From positions 62,744,001 through 62,808,000 of the forward strand of contig OX597823.1 in NCBI GenBank assembly GCA_951406725.2: a stretch of 64,000 bases of DNA, in the 5' to 3' direction. The notes beneath the pieces are model-generated. The model was not told where the DNA came from and did no database searches. It saw only the letters and a list, made by a program, of their open reading frames with translations. Shown piece by piece: positions 54,438-64,000 of the stretch (position 1 is its first letter; each line of letters opens with the position of its first letter). Both the position numbers and the translations under genes were made by a program. The DNA comes from Octopus vulgaris (Eukaryota).

Positions 54438-54770
54438 ATCATCATCATCATCATTGTTTAACATCCGCTTTCCATGCTAGCATGGGTTGGACGATTTGAC
54501 TGAGGACTGGTGAACCAGATGGCTGCACCAGGCTCCAATCTTGATCTGGCAGAGTTTCTACAGCTGGATGCCCTTCCTAGTGCCAACCACTCCAAGACTG
54601 TAGTGGGTGCTTTTACGTGCCATCGGCACAAGGGCCAGTCAGGCAGTACTGGCAACGGCCATGCTCAAATGGTTTTTTTTACGTGCCACCTGCACAGGAG
54701 CCAGTCTAGTGGCACTGGCAATGACCTTGCTCGAATGTTTTTTCACATGCTACTGGCACAAGTGCCAGTA
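54438..54770 (-). mobile_element. RTE-type tail element with internal repeats (another at 55312-55625)
   Basis: Highly similar to 20277-20530. Confidence 0.85.
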
Positions 54771-54774
54771 GATG

Positions 54775-54809
<35 letters not shown>

Positions 54810-55920
54810 CATACACACATGTCAATTAAATATTTATTTGTGTCTTTTTATTTTAAAATAATATCTAATGCAAAAGTATTGTGTTGGGAAAGAAATAATG
54901 AAAAAAGAAAGGTTGTATATCAAAATAGGAAAAAGATGTTTGAAAAGAAAAAAAGTGAAATTGAACTTGGTGCAGACATGGCTGTGTAGTTATGAATTTT
55001 GCTTCCCAGCCACATGTTTTTGGGTCCAAGCCTAATTTGTGACACTAGTGCTTTCTACTACAGGCCCAGGCCAACCAAAGCCTTACAAGTGGAGTTGGTA
55101 GATGGAAACTGAAAGAAGCCACATGTTTATGTGTGTACATGTTTGTCTCCATGTCTTACACTGTGTGATAGTAGTGAGTGATTGTCAGTTTCATACCATT
55201 GTTGTGGTTCATTTCCAATATCATGTGAAAACATCTTTAGTTATGGGAAGATGATGATTATGATGAACAGAGTGAGAAATACTTAGCAAAACATACTCAT
55301 AAATGCACACTCATCATCATCATCGTTTAATGTCCGTTTTCCGCGCTAGCATGGGTTGGACGGTTCGACCGGGGTCTGGGAAGCCAGGGGCTGCTCCAGG
55401 CTCCAGTCTGAGTTTCTACAGCTGGATGCCCTTCCTAACGCCAACCACTCCGCGAGTGTAGTGGGTGCTTTTTACGTGCCACCTGCACAGGTGTCAGGGG
55501 GTGGCCTGGCATCGGTCACGATCGGTTGGAGCTTTTAACGTGCCAGCGGCACGGAAGCCAGCGCTGGCAACGTTCAGATGGTCTTTTTATGTGCCACCGG
55601 CACAGGAGCCAGTCGGGGCGGTGCTGTGTGTTTATTGGACTTTGTTCAAAATATTTATTTCCTTAGGTGATGTAAAAGTCTGCATAGGTTTAGAACTGCA
55701 CTCTTTAGAGACCTCTCTGAAAACTATAGACTTTGTCATATACTTTGTGTCACTTTTCCTTTGCAAGTAGTTATCTGCTATGACAAGATGTAAACAATCT
55801 TACTTCATTTTTGTATTTGGTTTGCAAGATTCTTGATGTGATTTCGTGTTGAAGCAAATTTTTGTGTGTCTTAGAATCATTATGCCAATAATAAAAACAT
55901 ATGCACAGGTCCAGTTCCAC

Positions 55921-56178
55921 ATCTTTATTGCTTGTCATTTGGTTAAATGTCTAACCTCATCGATCGTTTTAATGTGCTAATTAAACAATCAGTTGGTTGT
56001 TTGCTAGTCAAAGTTCTTTTGCTGCTCTTCATGGCCTTCTCAGTGACTTCTGAAAAGGTCGCAGACAGTGATGAAAAATGTTTAACTAACAACTGATTGA
56101 TTGTTTAACCAGTGCATTAAACAAACAATTGATGAGATAGTTGGATAGACATTTAACCAACTGACTAGCAATAAAGAT
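55921..56178. repeat. About 260-bp imperfect foldback palindrome
   Basis: ATCTTTATTGCTTGTCATTTGGTTAAATGTCTA pairs with TAGACATTTAACCAACTGACTAGCAATAAAGAT; looser pairing continues toward a centre near 56046. Confidence 0.85.
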
Positions 56179-56899
56179 ATAGAAGTTGCATGGTTTCTAC
56201 AACTAGATGCCAATTATTTTACAGAGTATATTGGGTACCTTTTATGTGGAACTGACACTATTGAAGCCATCAAGTAACTCACGAGATAAGAGCTCCTTAT
56301 CTGAGTGGGGAGAAGTATTGAGAGAGGTGGCTATATGCCAGGTAAATAGAGGGATAGGACAGGTGTCTTACTGTAAGGAGATATATGGTCACCCCAGTTG
56401 TGAAAGATGGTGGTGTAGATGTGTTTGGGCATACCCTTAAGTTTCAGGAACATGAATGTAAGATAAATGGCATGGATGGTTAAATAAGTCCATGGGAATG
56501 GGAAGGAGAGTGGTAGATGGATAGAGATGGGGATAGAGGGAAATGTAGTGAGTGAACATGGTGTGGGTGCATGGTCAGTCAGAAATATCAGTTGGAGGGG
56601 AAGGTGGTGCAAATAGATTGGATCAGTTAGTGGCAAAGATGATGTAAAGTGAGTGGGGGTAGGGTGCAGGAGGGATAAACCGTGTCAGAGAGGAAGTCAA
56701 AAGAATGTTAAGTGTTGAAAAAATTGGGGGACAAATCGGAGTAATGTGGAGAGAGCTGCCATTGGTAAAATGAGGATTATATAGGGGTAGGAAGTGGAAA
56801 TATGTACAGTTCTGCTCTTTTAGTTACATCACTTGAGTAAATAGTCAGAAGAGTGATGGAGGGGAGGGTGTTACAAAGTTGTATACATTGCTGTTTGTA

Positions 56900-57660
56900 T
56901 ACATGCATCATAACAATCTGACTTACATTTTGAGAGAAAGACTATGAGAGCTATTACTTAGCTCTCTGAACTTACTCTATCCTGTTCTTACTCTATTCTT
57001 ACTATACTTTACCTAGGTAACAGAAATTATCCACTAACTTAAGGGAGCCTCCAATGCATTCAAGAAAATCTATTTCCCATTAGTATTTATTACTCCTGCA
57101 CATATTTCATGTATAAACACTACTTTCTCTGTTAATCTTCCTGTGATTCAACTTCACATTTTGTGTATCTATAGCTTGGACTAGGTACACTATATGGAAT
57201 TCTTGCCTACACCTTTCCTACATATTGAGCAAAGCCATTTACCCGAGGAAATTGAAACCCTATCTATTTTCCTGCTTACTAGAACTTTGGTCTTTGCCAA
57301 GTTAACTTTAAGGTCCTTTGATTTTATTTTAACACCTGAGATTTTGTTTCTAATTCTAATGCAGATTTCTCAATGAGAACATGGTCATCAGCATATAAGA
57401 GTTCCCAATGATAGCTAGTCTTAAAACTTGTCTTTTATGGCCTGGAAGATAATAATGAGCAGGAGGGGACCGAGAACCAATCTCTGGCGAACTCCATGTA
57501 CCCAAAATTCTTTGATGTATTTGTGGCTAACTCTCACCTTTCCGACAGTCCCTCCATCCCCCAGCATGGCTTGTATGATTTTTTTGTCTGCCCCTAGCTC
57601 CCTCAGAGGCCACCAAATCACAGAGTAGGGGACTCCGTCAAAGGTTTTCTCCAGTTTAAT
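56900..57660 (-). mobile_element. RTE-clade LINE RT fragment
   Basis: GVRQ..VLGPLL.III..AI on the minus strand, followed by a degenerate ELLYADDH motif. Confidence 0.7.
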
Positions 57661-58069
57661 GAATGCCCATACACATAGGCATCACAGATTCTGACATACA
57701 TAGCATATACATATATACAGAGAATCTTAGAGACTTTCTTCTTTTGTAGCAAAATATTACTTTCAACTAACAATGCCAGTATTTTATATACTAAAGTGCA
57801 CTTCAAACAAAAGCAGAAAGAGGTGGGAAGCTGAAAAGTAGATGAAATAACTGAAGATGCAATGACAACGTAAACTTTGTCTTTTTGCATGTTTGCTGCA
57901 AATCTTACTTTTACTCATCATCTCACAAAATCCTTTCTTATTGTCTTCCCTCCACTCTCTCTTTATTTCTTTCATAATTTCTCTCTAACACTCTATTTGT
58001 CTTTCGTTGTCCTTTCACTATTATCAACAGTAACTTCATGCCTAACATCCTTGCTGACTCCACATCCAT

Positions 58070-58105
<36 letters not shown>

Positions 58106-58126
58106 GCATACATACATACGTATATA

Positions 58127-58371
58127 TTGGGTTGGTGCATAATTATTGCGGCTTTTTTCAGCAAATTTTATTCAACAAAAACAATGACAATATTTAACAA
58201 AACCATCTTTAAATGGTGGTCTGACCGCCTGCCAAGCAAATGGGAAGCAGTAATTGAAGTAGGTGGTGAATATGCTCCGGAATAATCCTTTAAAAATGTT
58301 TTTGTTAAATGTTGTTATTGTTTTTGTTGAATAAAATTTGTTGACAAAAGCTGCAATAATTATGCACCAAC

Positions 58372-58375
<4 letters not shown>
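58127..58375 (+). mobile_element. Mariner-derived MITE with about 80-bp TIRs, in (TA)n
   Basis: TTGGGTTGGTGCATAATTATTGC... / ...GCAATAATTATGCACCAACCCAA; the core encodes DRLPSKWEAVIEVGGEYAPE*, a mariner C-terminus. Confidence 0.93.
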
Positions 58376-58420
<45 letters not shown>

Positions 58421-58753
58421 TCATTATCTTCCATCCATTTTCCATGCTGGTATGAATTGGATGGTATGACAGGAGCTGACAAACCAGAGGACGGTGCCAA
58501 ATTCCACTGCCTCCTTTGGCATGGTTTCTACAGCTGGATGCCTTTCCTTAATGACAACCACTTTATGTAGTATACTGGGTTATTTTTATGTGGCACCAGC
58601 ATGGTCACCAAGTAAACTAGTAAGACAAAACACCTCAACTGAGGCAGAGTGGTAGTATTGAGGAAGGTGGCTTTGTGCTATGTTATGAGAGATTAAAGTA
58701 CGGCAGAGGGAATAGAACAAGTGACGTGCTTGTTAAGGTCATTTCTACAGGTT

Positions 58754-58812
58754 TTCTATAGAACATGTGATTTAAGTGCACTGCTTCTATAGAACATGTG
58801 ATTTAAGTGCAC
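58754..58812 (+). repeat. Tandem duplication with 31-bp period
   Basis: TTCTATAGAACATGTGATTTAAGTGCAC occurs twice. Confidence 0.9.
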
Positions 58813-59240
58813 AGTAGTACATGGTATTGATTTATAAACATGCTTAATATACTTTGTAGTATATTGCGGTTGCTTAATGAAATACCATGTGCCAACAAGT
58901 CATAACTGTCTTGCTATATAGGAGATACATGGCTATACCATTTGGGAAAGAGAGAGAGAGAGAGAGAGCAAACAAAGGAAGTGGTGAAAATGTGCCAGGG
59001 CCTACCCTTAAGTTAGAGAGAGGTGAATATAAGACCACCAGCGATGGAGAGCACTGGTGACCTGGTTGGCATTATGTATGATGATGGTGTCTCTGGGATC
59101 ACTAATGTGGGATGACCCCCATCTGCACCAAGCAAGAGCTTGAAGTGAAATGGTTTAGAGTTGTGGGTGAGAGATTCGTCAGGGATAGATTGTGTACAGG
59201 AGAATAATCACAATGTCTTTAGATGACCTTAACACAGGAA

Positions 59241-59314
<74 letters not shown>

Positions 59315-59399
59315 CCAATAAGGGGGCTGATAATTACTATCCATCTGATGATAAAAAGAAAAGAACTGTCACCATTTTTAGTGGCAATATATTTATAAT

Positions 59400-61165
59400 C
59401 TTTGAGACTCTATATTAATAACCTTAATTATACTTTCTTTTTCTTCTCGGATCAAGATTAGTATGTAGTATTTGTATATTAGTATATGCATGGTCCAAAC
59501 TACCTTAATCTTTTGCTGCTTGTTTAAAAATTTGCTTCTGAACTTAATACTCCAGAATAAGGTAACACCTGAATTGTAAAATATTCTTTTGCAGTACTTT
59601 ATAGAGGATGACCTAACAACATTTAATGCATCCTTAATATAGACTGCTATTATTGGTATGTTTTCCAGCACCTGTAATAAAGCTACTCTTGTAGGGGACT
59701 TTATGCAATTTTGGAATTAAAAAAAATATTTGGAATAACTTTGTCCTATTCTTCTGCACTGGAGCCACTTAATTTTTCTACCTCTGGTATTAATTTTCTT
59801 ACTACCTCATTAGCATCAATCAGTTATCATCATATGCACACTACTACCCTTAAAGTTGCTTCCTGACCATAACTCAAAACCTAATACTTTTTACAAATAA
59901 TGACAAAATTCCCATCAGCCTTATCTGCCACTACTATATCATATTTATCTTATGATGAATTTAATACATTCCACATCTTCCTGCCCATCCTTTTAATATG
60001 TTGCAGTTACAAACTGGTAATTCTTTTACATGACTTTGTATTCAAGAGTTAACCAATCTATAGAATCATTAACCGATTTTAAAATCACCTTCTGTAAACT
60101 ATACTCCCTGTATTTGGTCCTCTTCCTCATTATGCTTTTCAAATATTCATTATAATATTTAAACATGTCCCACCCCAAGGTAGAATTTGGAATATCACAA
60201 GTCCAAAGGCAAATCTTTCCGAAGCTTTCAAAGTTAATGTTCATCAAAAATATGCTTTAATTAAACAATCACCAATACATGTCTTAGTTTATAGCTAATT
60301 TGTATATTTGTACTCTTAACCTTAACTAACAAAAGGTCATGTGCTCTTTCTATGTGTCCTTGTGTATTGCATTTATATAAGTATCATCAATGGAGTTACT
60401 AATGAAAGGTATTATCATATATTCTGTCTTGACTTTATTTTCCTTTTTCCTGGTCACTTTAAATAATTTGTTATAAAAACTATCAACTGAAAGAAAAACT
60501 AATATCTGTTAAATTCCTACTGCATCTATCCAATGATTTTTTAAAATATGTAAAAAGGAACAAGATCTTAATAAAACATAACATTTATGATAGTCTTTCT
60601 CCTCATACAGTTTTTCCCAAGTCTAAGATCTGTCTATATTATATGCAGTGTTCCTATTTAATCTTTAACTGTAGCTATTTTGTCTTCTTAATATCAGCTG
60701 TTAAAAGTACACCTTACCCCTGCAGTTTTCAATTCCAAAGTCTAAAACCTTATCAGTCATTCTTCGTGGATGAATATTACATAGTATTTTAATCCAAAGA
60801 TTTTCCTTCTCCAGAAGCATTTTCCCAGTTTCTGGTCTTTATCTGCTACCTAATTAATAATCTGACCAAGATTCTACTTTATTTGAATCCAGAACTATGC
60901 TTTCTAAAATGTTTATAAACATATTGCTCCATACCCATCTTAAACAAATGTCTGTTAAGATGTTGGTGTAATGCTTAAGTACATATTGTTTTCCCACACA
61001 CCTTAGAATGCATTTAGTAAACCACATTACAAGACTTACAATTAAATAATAAACCATTTTCGTCAGTAATAAACATTTTACCTGTTAAATTACTAACAAA
61101 TAACTTATTAATTAATGAACACAGCACAACAGTTGTGTCCCCTACATTTGTTAATGCTATTGCAC
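59400..61165 (-). mobile_element. Decayed Penelope-like element with N-terminal GIY-YIG (Naiad-type domain order)
   Basis: Minus strand, reading across frameshifts: KCRGHNC.LC...FVSNLTGKMF, NCKSCNVVY*MHSKVCGKQYV, VYKHF, EKENLWIKIL..IHP; then RT-side motifs TKYRE, ADKADGNFVIICKK and NSGVTLFWSIK. Confidence 0.78.
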
Positions 61166-61173
61166 TGCTTTAC

Positions 61174-61217
<44 letters not shown>

Positions 61218-61328
61218 TCATCATCATCATTTAATGTCCGTTTTCCATGAGACTTGTAACATCCATAAAATTTATTTTATAGTTATATACAGCATATTAT
61301 AATGACCTTGTGTTTATATATATATATA

Positions 61329-62200
61329 GGAGGGGGTACTCAAAAGAAAGCATGCAATATTTTATTCACTTGGCTTTTACATGTTTGCACTTTTATCCCT
61401 TTTAAAGTATTCTCCATCTGAAGCAATGTATTAGTCCAGGCGTGTTTTCCACTATTTGAAGCAGTGTCAGAACTTTTGTGAAGTGATGCCTTTTAATGCC
61501 TCTGTCATTTTTTGCTTCACCTCTTCTACATCTGCAAATTCTGTGGCACTAACTTTTATTGCAAGTGATGACTTTTGGAAAAAAAGTCTGGATCAATTTC
61601 TGACTTTTCTTTCAGTTCATGACACGCATTCAGTCATGACCGCTTTTGATCTTCTCTGAGCAAGTGAGGCACAAATTTTGCTGCAATTCCTTGCTCAAAA
61701 TTCGTTGGCTGGAGCTCTAGGACATACCAGTCATATCAACAAATTTGTCGATTATTTAGTGAGAGTCCTCAAGATCAGTTCATGAATTTTCATTTGTTTG
61801 CAAGGTCAATCAATCATTGTGAATGAGGTTGGTCTTCAAACAACAAGTGACCATTCTTAAAGCTTGAAAACCACTTGCAAACTTGTGTTTTGCTCATGGT
61901 AGTGTCCTTGTAAGCTGCTTGAAGCATAACAACTGTTTTGACCACAGTTTTCCCTAGCAGAAGACAGTATTACATGGAAGAACACTGTTCCTTCGTTTTA
62001 GCCATTGTGAAAATCAATGAACAAGGGAGAAGCACAGCAAAGCAAAGACACACCATATAGCTGTATGACTCTACTATACGCCACTGGTTGGCAGACTGGC
62101 GCCTGAGAATTGCATTAAGTGACTTCCAGCAGTGGAAACCTGAACTACAATGGGTTTGTCCCACAGAGAATGTTTCCGGTTATTTTTGGGTACCCCCTCG
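61329..62200 (-). mobile_element. Internally deleted mariner-family element, same family as 24641-25524
   Basis: TA-GGAGGGGGTACTCAAAA ... TTTTGGGTACCCCCTCG-TA termini; MAKTKEQ start remnant. Confidence 0.88.
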
Positions 62201-62810
62201 TATGTGTGTGTGTATGTATATATATATATATATATATATATCACACACAGAAGGGTGAATCAGATAGTAATACAAATAAAAATTGCATTACTTTCTGACC
62301 ACACCCTCATACATACATGCGTGTGTAGATCTATATATGTATTATTATTATTTGTTCTATGTCAAGTTACATATAAAACTAATTTAACATTAAACTGAAG
62401 GGATGCCCAATACTTTTTCTCAGTAGAATACATGTTTATTAAACTTTTACAAAGGAAAGACTGTCTATGACTTCAAAGTTTCACCTTCCTTACCTTCATC
62501 AGACTATATGTGAAAGAAGAGTAAGCCAAAACTTCAGTCTCTCTCTATTCCTTGTAAAAATCTTAATTGTATGTGTGATAATTTAATGTCCATTCTCTAT
62601 GCTGACTTGGGTTGGGCAGTTTGACAAGTTTTGGCAAACTGGAGAGCTGCATCTGGCTCCATTGTCTTCTATGGCTGGATGCCCTTTCCAACATCAACTA
62701 CTTGACAGTGCATTGGGTGTTTTTTATGTGGCACCAGCGTGTCTGGGGTTGCCAAGTAACTTGAAAACCAAAGACCAAGACCTCTCAGCCAAGAATGGCT
62801 TTGTGTAAAC

Positions 62811-62860
<50 letters not shown>

Positions 62861-64000
62861 CTTTTTCTTGGCATTGTGCATCTCTTACACACCACTTGCT
62901 CTGCCTCTTATTGACTTCACTTTCCCACCTCCTGCTAAATTGATATTGACCATTGGCTGTACCTCCACCCACGTTCTACATTCATTGCTGTCATAACTCC
63001 TATCTGTCACTCTCATTCTGCACCCTAGCAAACTTAGCTACCCATTCACCTTCCTGTAACATGGAAAGCAAGTCCCGACATTTTTTCACTAGCTTTTTTT
63101 TCGTCCAACAAAGGTAGCCATATATCTCTTTTACTGGTGGACACCTGTTTCTTTCCCCCTCATGCTTTAACCTTGCATTACTTGGTATAAAGCAACCTCC
63201 CTAAATATGACAGCCTCCCTAAATAACACAGTTGAGGGGTCTTGTTGATCAGTCAAGAAAGTAAAGATAATATAATTAAAACCACAAAGCCTTCTGAAAT
63301 ACAGTTACCCAGTATTTTCTGGCTGAATAATTAATTTATTTTGCCATTTATCAAGCTGATAAGATGATCTAGTAACTGCATTCAATACTGTTGCCATTTG
63401 AATGAACACATACATTTAGAAAAAGACAAACATAGGGGAGATAACTTCACAGTAAATATAAATGTATAAACATTACATTAAACAACATTAAAATTCTTTG
63501 TGATGTGTCTGGTACTTTATCCTTAATTTTTACTTGGATGTATTTTGTAAAATGTGAACATGAAAAAAAATCTTACCCATGGTGTTTACATAGTTACCAA
63601 GCATACAGAATATCTTTTTGACCTGCTATTATATGGTTCGATCCTAGAAAGCATCTTCCATTTGATGCTGCAGCTGACATTACTGTCCTTAAGTTTCCAG
63701 ATTAATGCTAAGAGGGTTGTTGCATCTCTTTTTGGGGTGTATAAAGGTTGAAAGATGATTATTGTGTCTAGATTTAAATTGTCTTCCACAGATCCAATAT
63801 TAAGCACATGATTAAAATCACATTCCTGCCTCTCCCCTACTTAATATGTAAAGGCCTATATCAATAAACAACCAACAACCCAGACCTGTTCTGAATGCAT
63901 GTGCAGAGATAAATCTAAATGTCCTCTGGGGCAAGCATGTATATCCGCCGTTATTTTTGAAGTACATGTATGGCAATACACACACACACACACACACACA

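Overview
AT-rich, microsatellite- and transposon-dense eukaryotic DNA whose SINE, RTE and mariner content points to an octopus (coleoid cephalopod) genome; this is my recognition, not a database result. The only host gene I can support is the 5' part of a PNUTS/PPP1R10 ortholog on the + strand. It comprises a probable 5'UTR exon (14053-14129), a first coding exon (ATG 18156 to 18247) and a second coding exon (31547-31633), followed by an apparent intron of more than 32 kb. The rest is intronic or upstream DNA holding several SINE families, RTE and CR1-like LINE debris, mariner relics and MITEs, piggyBac-type MITEs (one nested in a copy of itself), an internally deleted Gypsy element with both LTRs, and a decayed Penelope-like element with its GIY-YIG domain N-terminal to the RT (Naiad-type order). 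The most interesting signals are: an overlapping uORF on PNUTS; a hairpin in PNUTS intron sequence enclosing a cryptic 3' splice site and a let-7-complementary site; long palindromes (about 600 bp, about 260 bp and a perfect 48 bp), two with degenerate hammerhead-like cores in or next to them; and arrays of about 60-nt structured repeats in RTE-type tails. Almost all ORFs in the supplied track are microsatellite or TE noise.
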